A DNA stretch of 64,000 nucleotides, taken from positions 11,563-75,562 of IMG/VR virus record IMGVR_UViG_3300025087_000053; one strand, given 5' to 3'. The translations under genes and the position numbers were made by a program. Shown here piece by piece: positions 1 through 7,716 of this stretch (its first letter is position 1; each line of letters begins with the position of its first letter). The notes beneath the pieces are model-generated. The model worked only from the letters and a program-made list of their open reading frames with translations. It was not told where the DNA came from and searched no databases. Origin of the DNA: a virus.

Positions 1-109
1 CTTTTCCATCTATTCGAATAATCATCGGCATTCTGGGGGTTAGATGAAGTCTCGAGATATTTTCGTATCCCTTCATGCGGATTGCGAGATCGGAATTCTT
101 TCTTGGCAT
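1..109 (-). CDS. Thg1-like tRNA(His) guanylyltransferase / 3'-5' polymerase (5' part only, runs off window)
   Basis: Manual translation from ATG 109: MPRKNSDLAIRMKGYENISRLHLTPRMPMIIRIDGK, matching the Thg1/TLP N-terminal L..RMK.YE...IIRIDGK signature. Confidence 0.8.
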   Translation of the reverse strand, partial: MPRKNSDLAIRMKGYENISRLHLTPRMPMIIRIDGK

Positions 110-159
110 TATCTAACCTTCTTTCTAAAACTCCATCTTACCGGGAAAAACGAAAGATG

Positions 160-1299
160 TCAATACTTAAAAACCCTTACACAGTCTGCCTGTACAGCGT
201 CTTCTAGGTTGTGTATAAAAGCTTCGTGAGTAAACATTTTCATTTTCCCATACAAAAGTGCCTGAAGCTCTTGCGGCATCTGGTCAAGACAAGTAATGGC
301 TAGAATCACATTCAGCGGATAAGTAGTTTGTTTATAGTCGTGAGAAATAGTTGTTCCAACTTTGGTTATATCTAACCACGCATATCTTAATATGTCTTGA
401 TGCATATTTGGTTGGTTTGTAATATCAACAATTCCATATGGAGCTTCTTTTAATTCGTTTTCTAACGGTCCCGCCCCATGTCTTGTAAGATAAGGTCGCG
501 TAACATAATAAATATCAAGCATCTCTTTAATTCTAGCTTCTTCTAACATAGCCAAAACGTTTGTCAACCCCGTCCTAGACCTCGTAACGTGGGGAAAGTC
601 TTTACCGTATTCATCTAACAAAAGACCCTGAGCCCCCTCAAAAATAAAGTGTTCGTAATTTGGTAGTTTTGTAGAAGATTGAGGCCATAAGAAAGATTCA
701 CATCGTGCAGTCATAATGGCACAGTCTTCGTAATACTGTTCCCACATTTGTTTATTGTCAACTTGCTCTAAATCTTCTATAATGTTAAGCTCCCTCATCC
801 TCCTGGGAAGCCAGAAATTAACAATCAATTCGATCTTTTTCTTCAAAAGGGATCTGTTTGAAAGATCCCTAAAAACAATAGCAAAGCCTGCCTCGCTCCT
901 GGTAACAGTTTCGTTGATACCAAGGCCACAACTCCCGTGTTTATATTTGCCTCTTAAAGCTTCAATTGTTTGGTTTAAAATCATATCAACTGGTGTGGTT
1001 ACAAGACATCGTGGATCTGCCAAAACAATTGGGTCTGGTGGCAGAGATAGAAGCTCTTGAGAAAACAAAACAGGATTTACAATAAAATGCTTGGAGAAGT
1101 AAGTAGCAGCCCCATTAAAAGTGCCTGAGCCAAAGTGATGAAAGACGTGTCGGCTGCCATCAGATTTAATTACAGTATGAGCAGCTTGAGCCCCGCCGTT
1201 GAATCTAATTACAAGGCTTTTATTATCCGACAAGCAATCAACAACGTGTCCCTTGCCTTCGTCGCCATAATTAGTTCCAATGACAGCCGACAGTCGCAT
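160..1299 (-). CDS. Adenylosuccinate synthetase-like protein (divergent PurA family)
   Basis: GDEGKG, RFNGGAQAAHT, EGAQGLLLD and TRHGAGP motifs; aspartate-binding loop altered. Confidence 0.9.
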   Translation of the reverse strand: MRLSAVIGTNYGDEGKGHVVDCLSDNKSLVIRFNGGAQAAHTVIKSDGSRHVFHHFGSGTFNGAATYFSKHFIVNPVLFSQELLSLPPDPIVLADPRCLVTTPVDMILNQTIEALRGKYKHGSCGLGINETVTRSEAGFAIVFRDLSNRSLLKKKIELIVNFWLPRRMRELNIIEDLEQVDNKQMWEQYYEDCAIMTARCESFLWPQSSTKLPNYEHFIFEGAQGLLLDEYGKDFPHVTRSRTGLTNVLAMLEEARIKEMLDIYYVTRPYLTRHGAGPLENELKEAPYGIVDITNQPNMHQDILRYAWLDITKVGTTISHDYKQTTYPLNVILAITCLDQMPQELQALLYGKMKMFTHEAFIHNLEDAVQADCVRVFKY

Positions 1300-1312
1300 T
1301 GCACCCTTCTTT

Positions 1313-2239
1313 CTATAGAGTAATCAGCCCTTGAGAGTCTGAGGATGCGGAGCTTGTTAGGCCAGAGATTGCTTTATGAACAACCATGGCCGTACTGCCA
1401 TCCCACGAATCAGCAACGTCGTCTGCTTTAGAACCTTCCACAACTTGAATTGCCGAAACAATAACTTCAGCCATCTTGGTGTGATCGGTCAAAGTCAAAG
1501 AACGCTCTCCTAGCAACGCTCTCCAGCGGTCTACAACCCAACTATCATATGAGCCACCTTCAGCAACATTCAAATGAAAAACCTCCCAATTTCGTGTGAG
1601 CATTGTCAAAAGCTGTTTCCCGGAAATGTCTTCGCCGATAGTATCCCCGAAGACTGATTGGGCATGCTCAACAAGAATCTTTGGAGTTGGTCCGTCATCG
1701 CCAACAGTAAATAAATAACCCTTTCTGTTTCTCTTTTCAACGGCATCGCACGAGGTATGCTTCGCAGCAAAATAATGCAAGAGAGAATATCCTTCGGAAT
1801 CATTTCCTCCGCCGCCGCCCTCAAGATAAAGCTTTTCAAGCTGTTCTGCGATACGAATATCTGCTTCAAATTGAGAAACTTGAAGCGGAGAATTATCGCA
1901 GTATGCATCGCCGATTGCAGCGCAAAGAACATGAGGATCGCGCACCGGCTTTCTATTATAAATCTCTTCGAACAGGGTTTTCAGTCCCTTTTTTGCCATT
2001 ATTTCCAAAATACGAGACATTGAACCCGTAACGTCTAGTCCAACGATAATTGGAGTAGAGTTGGGATTGTCTGCGGAATCCCTAGATTCTCGCAGCCCAT
2101 TCTTTATTTTCTTTGGATCTAAATCATCGTTCATTGAAGAGGACTTGTAGATGTGAGCCGCAGTCGTCGAAGCCTTGTGCAAACCACGCGAGCTAGAATA
2201 AGAAGCCCAGTCTGTTGGTGAAAATCTTCCGCTTCCCAT
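1313..2239 (-). CDS. vWA domain protein
   Basis: MIDAS-like LDVTGSM, AIGD, EGGGGGND.E, FTVGD motifs. Confidence 0.85.
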   Translation of the reverse strand: MGSGRFSPTDWASYSSSRGLHKASTTAAHIYKSSSMNDDLDPKKIKNGLRESRDSADNPNSTPIIVGLDVTGSMSRILEIMAKKGLKTLFEEIYNRKPVRDPHVLCAAIGDAYCDNSPLQVSQFEADIRIAEQLEKLYLEGGGGGNDSEGYSLLHYFAAKHTSCDAVEKRNRKGYLFTVGDDGPTPKILVEHAQSVFGDTIGEDISGKQLLTMLTRNWEVFHLNVAEGGSYDSWVVDRWRALLGERSLTLTDHTKMAEVIVSAIQVVEGSKADDVADSWDGSTAMVVHKAISGLTSSASSDSQGLITL

Positions 2240-2241
2240 GA

Positions 2242-3252
2242 TTATTCTCCCTGTTTGTAAGCTTCATCGACGTGAAGCTCCATTTTGACAAATTTGCGTT
2301 TTCCAAATGTTTTTTGCAACGCCTCATGCCACAACTTGTAAGCACGCTGAGCCGTGTCGTCCACCGGAATCTGCACCAGATCGACCATGGGGCTTGACGA
2401 TAAAGAACGTCCTGTAATATCTCCCAACAACTCTCGAACAGTAGCCCTAATTATCTCAAGATCTACTAGAGGTGTAGCAATTTTGTTACATTTCACCTCC
2501 CATGGCAGATACTTGTATGTTCTAATTGGCAACGTAGAAATCTTTTCATCTATTGGAACAGCAAACCACCAACTTCCCAACAAAGACACGCTGTGATCAG
2601 AAGGAGAAATAAAAACGGAATCAAGAGAAATATCTCCATGAACTATCTTAGCCCACTCCAAATAACACGCTATGTTGTGCAATCCACTCCCAATCCATGC
2701 TACATGAACTGGTTCAATCTTTCCCTTGTAATAGCTAAAAACTTCTCGCAACGGAACAAGGTTTTTTGACTTTGGAATCGTTAAAAGAAGTTTATCATCT
2801 TCAAGTTCAAATACTTTTATTGACTCTGGAAGGGTTTTCGACATCTCTTTCTTCATTTTATCATCTGCATAATGAAGATTTTTTATAGTTCTCTCTGCTC
2901 TTTTTGAAAATTGTTCGAACTTCTTATCAATTAAATATGAAATGTGGGTATTCGCAATATAAACGTACCCCAATTCGAAGCTTCTGCTAACTAGGTATTT
3001 GAACCTAATACTCCCACCACCCTTCTTTTTCAAATCAAGAAAACTAGAACCTCTCCATTTCCCAGTTTCTAGAAGCCTTACTGCTTCTTTATAAAGCTCC
3101 GTAATATGTGACATTACCTTGGCATCACCAGTTGTTTTATCAGGATGCCAATAAAGAGCCAATTCGTGAAATTTCTTTTTTGCTTCTGCAAGATCACCTG
3201 GAAACAAAGACTCTGGAACAGTGAACTCAAGAATTTGTTTTTCTGTTTCCAT
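2242..3252 (-). CDS. J-domain fused to a protein kinase-like domain
   Basis: N-terminal AKKKFHELALYWHPDK (HPD motif); C-terminal IVHGDISLDSVFI catalytic-loop-like motif; no DFG. Confidence 0.75.
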   Translation of the reverse strand: METEKQILEFTVPESLFPGDLAEAKKKFHELALYWHPDKTTGDAKVMSHITELYKEAVRLLETGKWRGSSFLDLKKKGGGSIRFKYLVSRSFELGYVYIANTHISYLIDKKFEQFSKRAERTIKNLHYADDKMKKEMSKTLPESIKVFELEDDKLLLTIPKSKNLVPLREVFSYYKGKIEPVHVAWIGSGLHNIACYLEWAKIVHGDISLDSVFISPSDHSVSLLGSWWFAVPIDEKISTLPIRTYKYLPWEVKCNKIATPLVDLEIIRATVRELLGDITGRSLSSSPMVDLVQIPVDDTAQRAYKLWHEALQKTFGKRKFVKMELHVDEAYKQGE

Positions 3253-3479
3253 TTTTAATTCTTTCTGCTCGCACTTCTTTTCCTACGCGCCCGACTGCTT
3301 CTGTAACATATAATCTACCCAAGCATCCGCCATCTTGGCAGCCAACATTACAGACCATAAGACAGGAATTTCAATATAGTCTGGAAGAAAACCCTCTGGC
3401 CACACTCCTGTCTTTTGCACGATATCATATGCCCGTATATGCTCATAATTGTGAGATCAAACCAATCATAAAGAGACAT
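3227..3479 (-). pseudogene. Small hypothetical gene with a frameshift after codon ~9
   Basis: GGAGG RBS + ATG 3479 (MSLYDWFDL), then another frame continues NYEHIRAYDIVQKTGVWPEGFLP...TNS-stop; span 253 nt = 3n+1. Could be a sequencing error. Confidence 0.5.
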
Positions 3480-3497
3480 TTTATCCTCCGTTTCCTA

Positions 3498-3525
3498 CGC
3501 GCCCGGAGAGGCTTGAACTCCCGAC
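3498..3525 (-). pseudogene. 3' half of a tRNA-Arg-like gene (T arm + acceptor strand)
   Basis: GTC GGGAG TTCAAGC CTCTC CGGGCGC G; its acceptor strand is complementary to the 5' fragment at 5054-5070. Confidence 0.7.
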
Positions 3526-3572
3526 TTGTATTTTTTATACAAAAGCGAGTTCGACTCCACTATTTATAATAA

Positions 3573-3648
3573 CGCCCTGGGCAGGGCTCGAACCTGCATT
3601 ATTCCAATTACGGTACACACGGGTAGAAGCCGTGGCCGTTACCAGGGC
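3573..3648 (-). tRNA. D-armless tRNA-like RNA, anticodon UCU (Arg), long variable region
   Basis: GCCCTGG/CCAGGGC acceptor, CACGG-CTTCTAC-CCGTG anticodon arm, GCAGG-TTCGAGC-CCTGC T arm; only 7 nt where the D arm should be. Confidence 0.75.
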
Positions 3649-3666
3649 AATAGGAGAACACCATCC

Positions 3667-5053
3667 CGTTCGAGATTTAAACCACGAAATCATCAGCCGA
3701 CATGAGTTTAAGCTCTCTCCTCTTATTAAAAATAATGAATTTACAAAAAAGTCAACATATTTCACTTCGTGTGCTATATTTATAATGTGTCGAAACGTCT
3801 TTCTACAACTTCTGAAAAAAGCCTCCCTATAACTATCCTCAGTCAACGTATTCGACTCGTTCCAAATAACATCCAAACAACCTTTTTCGAACGTTGTGCT
3901 GGTGCATCTCGCTTCGTCTACAACTGGGGATTGGACCGTTGGAAAACTCAATACGAAGCCGAAGGAAAGCCCTCTTGGATCAGTCTTAACACCGAGCTGA
4001 ATGCCTGCAAAAACACCGAATTTCCTTGGATGGCAAAATTGCCGTGGGCTGTTGCTGCAACGGCGTTGTCCAACCTCGGCAATGCTTTCTCCAACTTCTT
4101 TCGCCGTATCAAATCTGGCCAAAAGCCCGGCTATCCCCGCTTCAAGTCGAAGAAACAAAGCAAAATGTCCTTCGCCGTTGAAGGTCGAGCCCTTCGCTTT
4201 GACGGCCGAAGAGTTAAGATTCCCAAGCTTGGTTGGGTCCGCACTCGACAAGAGATAAGATTTCCTGGTAAAATCCTGTCCGCTCACTTTACGAAACATG
4301 CCGGTCATTGGTACGTCTCGGTCCAAATTCAAGTCTCCGACTCCTGGTCCTATCCCCATCGCTGCGAAACCCAAGAAGCGGTTGGAGTGGATCTCGGGCT
4401 CCGAGACCTTGCCGTGCTTTCTACGGGAGAACGGGTCGAGGCTCCACGCATTCTGCGTGCTCATGAAACCAGACTGCGACGATTCAACAAGGAAATGTCT
4501 CGTCGCGTCATAGGAGGAAGAAATTGGCAGAAGACTAAAACGAAGCTTGGACGGCTGCATGAACGGATTTCCAACATCCGCAAAGACGTAACGCATAAGC
4601 TTACCGCTCGGCTGGTCCGAGACTTTCGTCGGATTGGAATCGAGGACTTGAACGTCAAGGGGATGATGGCAAATCATCATCTTGCCAAGTCGATTGCGGA
4701 TGCTGCCTTGTCGGAAATCAGGCGTCAGCTTATGTATAAAGCTCCGCTTGCCGGCAGTGAAATCATTGTTGCCGACCGCTGGTTCCCTTCTTCCAAGCTG
4801 TGTTCCGACTGTGGAACAAGACGAGAAGGACCGTTGCCTTTGTCCATCCGAGAATGGGTTTGTGAGGTTTGTGGGGTTGTCCACGACCGAGACATCAACG
4901 CAGCCATTAATCTTAGAACCGCCGCCCTGGCGGGGATAGCCTGCTGTCAAGAAAGCTCTGGTTCTGGCCCTACGGCCAGAACGAAACTTCCTCATGGGCA
5001 GGAATTGAGCAACTGTGTTAACTAATGGGTTCATGGTTTAAGTCTCAAATGGG
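3667..5053 (+). mobile_element. IS607-type TnpB-only element, copy 1 (E1, 1387 bp, no transposase)
   Basis: Inverted ends cgTTCGAGATTTAAACC ... GGTTTAAGTCTCAAAtgGG; same length as copy 4; removing it rejoins a tRNA D-loop (GCTCAGTT|GGAT). Confidence 0.9.
3769..5025 (+). CDS. tnpB: RNA-guided endonuclease TnpB
   Basis: HTH_OrfB-like N-terminus, RuvC GVDLG / IEDL / DRDINAA, CxxC..CxxC zinc finger; true start may be GTG 3787. Confidence 0.95.
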   Translation: MCYIYNVSKRLSTTSEKSLPITILSQRIRLVPNNIQTTFFERCAGASRFVYNWGLDRWKTQYEAEGKPSWISLNTELNACKNTEFPWMAKLPWAVAATALSNLGNAFSNFFRRIKSGQKPGYPRFKSKKQSKMSFAVEGRALRFDGRRVKIPKLGWVRTRQEIRFPGKILSAHFTKHAGHWYVSVQIQVSDSWSYPHRCETQEAVGVDLGLRDLAVLSTGERVEAPRILRAHETRLRRFNKEMSRRVIGGRNWQKTKTKLGRLHERISNIRKDVTHKLTARLVRDFRRIGIEDLNVKGMMANHHLAKSIADAALSEIRRQLMYKAPLAGSEIIVADRWFPSSKLCSDCGTRREGPLPLSIREWVCEVCGVVHDRDINAAINLRTAALAGIACCQESSGSGPTARTKLPHGQELSNCVN

Positions 5054-5070
5054 AACTGAGCTACGGGCGC
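4915..5070 (+). ncRNA. Predicted omegaRNA of E1 (scaffold + flank-derived guide)
   Basis: Block conserved in all five element copies, overlapping the tnpB 3' end and right end, as known for TnpB omegaRNAs. Confidence 0.75.
5054..5070 (-). pseudogene. 5' fragment of tRNA-Arg-like gene interrupted by E1
   Basis: GCGCCCGTAGCTCAGTT is a canonical tRNA 5' acceptor strand plus D-stem start. Confidence 0.8.
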
Positions 5071-5113
5071 TAATATTAAAAAGCATACCCTCCCGTATCG
5101 TCTTTCACTTCTG

Positions 5114-5497
5114 TCACTTGGGAAGAACCCCCAGCTTTATAAACCCAACCGGACCAACTCCGTTAGAATGGCTCCTCACTGGTTTCACAATTTCTTTTTC
5201 TTCTCTTAGCACTTCAACGTGAATCGAACCAATCACCACATACCCACCACCAAACTTCTTTCTTGCCTCTCGGGTGAAAAGAAGCTCATATCGAGAATTG
5301 CCAACGTCCTTCGAAAAAACCTTGAAAGCCTTACCCTTATTGGCCCTTTCAAAAGCTTTCGCAATGCAAGAACCGATATCCTTGTCTTCCGTCTTCATTG
5401 CATAAAGCGGCCGAGACATACTAAAATACTTGTCAACTCCACACTCGAAATAGATCCTGTTAGACATTTTAATTATCCTTTCTTGTCCAAATTCCAT
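5114..5497 (-). CDS. Hypothetical protein
   Basis: ORF in operon orientation; probable start at MSNR. Confidence 0.55.
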   Translation of the reverse strand: MEFGQERIIKMSNRIYFECGVDKYFSMSRPLYAMKTEDKDIGSCIAKAFERANKGKAFKVFSKDVGNSRYELLFTREARKKFGGGYVVIGSIHVEVLREEKEIVKPVRSHSNGVGPVGFIKLGVLPK

Positions 5498-6225
5498 TTC
5501 TTGACGACTTCTGGCATTTCTTTGTTATAGTGGTCGGGGTCGTGTTGGTAAAGAATCTTCACGACCTCAACATGGCCTTTTGCCGAAGCCCATCGGATGG
5601 CATGGTTGTCATCGGCCGTTGGATCAACCCTCTTGTCGGAAAGAAGAATCTTCACGACCTCAACATGGCCTCTTTCCGAAGCCCATAGGATGGCATAGTT
5701 GTTATCGGCCGTTGGATCAACCCTCTTGTCGGAAAGAAGAATCTTCACGACCTCAACATGGCCTTTTGCCGAAGCCCATCGGATGGCATGGTTGTCATCG
5801 GCCGTTGGATCAACCCTCTTGTCGGAAAGAAGAATCTTCACGACCTCAACATGGCCGCAACTCGAAGCATCTTGGATGGCAGCGTTGTCATCGGCCGTTA
5901 GATCAACCCCGCAATCCAAAAGAGTTCTCCACGTCGAAGCTTTCTTCAAAGACATCCGAGGACCAAGAAGAATCTTGTTTGCCTTCCACTTGCTCCCACC
6001 GGGGTCCTTATAAATCTGCAAATCCTCGTCGTTTGGAAACGTCACCTCTCTGATCCACGGGCCGTAATTAAGGAATTCGCAGATATGCTTTTCGTCGGAG
6101 AAATATATTCCTCCGGAAGTACAGGTTCCTTGAGGATTAAAGGGCAAGACATCGACATTAAGCCCCGTCTTGTAATGCATTCTGTTGTGGCGCTCTTTTT
6201 CATTAAGAATCTTGAAGAACGGCAT
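5473..6225 (-). CDS. Ankyrin repeat protein A (4 repeats, conserved N-terminal domain)
   Basis: 31-aa repeats N.AIRWAS..GHVEVVKILL; RBS AAGGA; upstream promoter. Confidence 0.92.
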   Translation of the reverse strand: MPFFKILNEKERHNRMHYKTGLNVDVLPFNPQGTCTSGGIYFSDEKHICEFLNYGPWIREVTFPNDEDLQIYKDPGGSKWKANKILLGPRMSLKKASTWRTLLDCGVDLTADDNAAIQDASSCGHVEVVKILLSDKRVDPTADDNHAIRWASAKGHVEVVKILLSDKRVDPTADNNYAILWASERGHVEVVKILLSDKRVDPTADDNHAIRWASAKGHVEVVKILYQHDPDHYNKEMPEVVKKWNLDKKG

Positions 6226-6254
6226 GGTGATGTCCTTTGTTAGAAGATGGAGCC

Positions 6255-6283
6255 ATCTTATCTTATTTTTGTTGTCTTGTCAA
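6255..6283 (-). promoter_or_regulatory. Sigma70-type promoter of ankyrin gene A
   Basis: TTGACA-17-TAAGAT. Confidence 0.7.
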
Positions 6284-6499
6284 GCCCTCAACATATTTAC
6301 ATCCATCGGAATACCCATCGTCGTATCCATCGTCGTATCCCGCATTCCTCGCTGAAACTTTTGCAGAGTCAATACACATTTTGCAAGGAAGAAGATAATA
6401 GCTACCCGACTCCCCGGATTCTTGGACTTCCAAAACACTAGCACAAACTCTACAATAAAACTTTCTTTCCATCTTCTTCCTCCTCCTCAAACAAAACAA
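6263..6499 (-). CDS. Small hypothetical protein (CxxC pairs, GYDDG repeats)
   Basis: ORF; probable start MERKFYC. Confidence 0.55.
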   Translation of the reverse strand: MFCLRRRKKMERKFYCRVCASVLEVQESGESGSYYLLPCKMCIDSAKVSARNAGYDDGYDDGYSDGCKYVEGLTRQQK

Positions 6500-6836
6500 A
6501 TTTAGAATGAAATATCTTGATAGTTTCTTCTGTAAAAGGAATCTTTAATCCAACCAACTTAGATTCTCCGCTAAGGGGATCTTTCTTAGTTCTTCTAAAA
6601 TAATGAGCCATAACCCTATGTCCGAAAAGATATTCTTTTTTGTCTTTTATCGCAATCCTAGACTTAAACTTGTTGTTAAATTTAGGATAAAGTCTGTAAT
6701 TTGTAAAGTGTCTTTCACCCTCATCTGTTGGTGTCGCCATTCCGATCTCACAATAGCACAAAATATCTCCCAACGAGTTTATTTTATCTTGAAATTCTTC
6801 ATGAAACAACACTCCAAATGGAAAAAAGTAAAACAT
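6450..6836 (-). CDS. Hypothetical protein
   Basis: Tightly packed ORF. Confidence 0.55.
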   Translation of the reverse strand: MFYFFPFGVLFHEEFQDKINSLGDILCYCEIGMATPTDEGERHFTNYRLYPKFNNKFKSRIAIKDKKEYLFGHRVMAHYFRRTKKDPLSGESKLVGLKIPFTEETIKIFHSKFVLFEEEEEDGKKVLL

Positions 6837-7040
6837 TTAAAGCAAATCCCAAAGGTTCTTATAAAGAACATCAGAAATATTCTTTGGTAACTCTTCTTGT
6901 GTTTCAGCCAAGTGCTTTATAAACTTCAAGAACTTTTCGTCTACTTCCTTGGCGATTTGCTCTGCCTGCCTTTTCGCAAGGTGTTTAAGCCGCCTTTCAT
7001 ATTGCTTTTTTGATATACGGAGATTGCGTTTTCTTCTCAT
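6837..7040 (-). CDS. Hypothetical basic protein
   Basis: Tightly packed ORF. Confidence 0.5.
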   Translation of the reverse strand: MRRKRNLRISKKQYERRLKHLAKRQAEQIAKEVDEKFLKFIKHLAETQEELPKNISDVLYKNLWDLL

Positions 7041-7045
7041 AATAT

Positions 7046-7201
7046 TTAAACCAGCCTATTCATCGCCCCGTTCCTATTGAGAAGCTTATCTCCAATAGCA
7101 ACAATTAAAGGATTTGGTTCCATTACTTGACCAACACCAGAACGAAAAACTTTATCCAAAGCCGCACCTTCGTTCCCTGGTCCCATTGCCCAACAAGACA
7201 T
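7046..7201 (-). CDS. Small hypothetical protein (51 aa)
   Basis: Manual translation MSCWAMGPGNEGAALDKVF...NRLV; fills the gap; ATG is 2 nt from the E2 left end. Confidence 0.45.
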   Translation of the reverse strand: MSCWAMGPGNEGAALDKVFRSGVGQVMEPNPLIVAIGDKLLNRNGAMNRLV

Positions 7202-7203
7202 AA

Positions 7204-7495
7204 TCTTTGAGACTTAACCACGACACGAACCCGTTAGTTAACATGGGGTTAAGCCTTCTCCTTCTGTTAAAAAGAACGAATTTACAAAAAAGGAGTAAAT
7301 TCCACTTCGTATGCTCTATTTATAGTATGTCGAAGTTTTATACTACGACGATAAAAAGAACCGCCGCCCTGGCGGGGATAGCCTGCTGTCAAGAAAGCTC
7401 TGGTTCTGGCCTTACGGCCAGAACGAAACTTTTTCATGGGCAGGAATCGAGCAGCCGTATTAACTAAGGAGTTCATGGTTTAAGTCTCGAAGGGG
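7204..7495 (+). mobile_element. Mini TnpB element E2 (left end + promoter + omegaRNA, tnpB deleted), 292 bp
   Basis: Homologous to both ends of E1/E4; internal deletion joins tnpB codon ~10 to AGAACCGCCGCC. Confidence 0.9.
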
Positions 7496-7500
7496 AAAAT

Positions 7501-7532
7501 AAAGAACCGGCCTAGATCGTGCGCCGGTTCTT
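7501..7532. terminator. Hairpin, probable bidirectional intrinsic terminator
   Basis: AAAGAACCGGC...GCCGGTTCTTT inverted repeat with A/T-rich flanks. Confidence 0.6.
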
Positions 7533-7631
7533 TCTAAGTCGCCTACTTTTCAAGGCAGTTTGTTTTTTTACTAGATAAAGTTGTTTTTTTGTGAGCCCAG
7601 CGAGAGCATCACCACCTTTCCTTTTAGGATT

Positions 7632-7713
7632 ATTTGTTCTCTCGGCCGTGATTCAAGAGAGACAACCAGAGGCCCCACCACGGGGGATTTGGTTAGTGGC
7701 CGAGAGAACAAAT
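7632..7713. repeat. 16-bp perfect inverted repeat enclosing a nested hairpin
   Basis: ATTTGTTCTCTCGGCC (7632-7647) / GGCCGAGAGAACAAAT (7698-7713). Confidence 0.85.
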
Positions 7714-7716
7714 CTT

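Noticed and set aside
160-1299. PurZ / Z-genome pathway
   Set aside because: The motif is GDEGKG (Asp), not the GSxGKG of PurZ, and no DatZ/MazZ-like neighbours were recognised
3279-3505. 15-bp direct repeat TTTCCTACGCGCCCG overlapping the tRNA 3' end (att-like)
   Set aside because: It encloses only ~200 bp, no integrase is nearby, and one copy lies inside a reading frame; insufficient for an integrated element
3769-5025. Cas12f/Cas14 or nuclease-dead TldR
   Set aside because: There is no CRISPR array, transposon ends are present, and all three RuvC acidic residues are intact
3535-5034. Long antisense ORFs opposite both tnpB genes (also 14951-16288)
   Set aside because: They are codon-aligned with tnpB, so they stay open simply because tnpB avoids TTA/CTA/TCA codons; no recognisable protein
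3667-5053. IStron (self-splicing intron + TnpB) restoring the tRNA
   Set aside because: Only ~100 nt precede tnpB, with no group I core visible, and the element is antisense to the tRNA
5551-5910. Constant 57-nt + variable 36-nt periodic repeats resembling a CRISPR array (also at 9.1, 42.6 and 63.8 kb)
   Set aside because: The period is 93 nt (31 codons), in frame within ankyrin ORFs; the 'spacers' are homologous to each other; no cas genes are present
7207-7476. Short ORFs over the mini elements (7207-7467, 7282-7476, 8690-8884, 48456-48782)
   Set aside because: They are by-products of tnpB remnants and the omegaRNA scaffold, with no consistent start or length among copies
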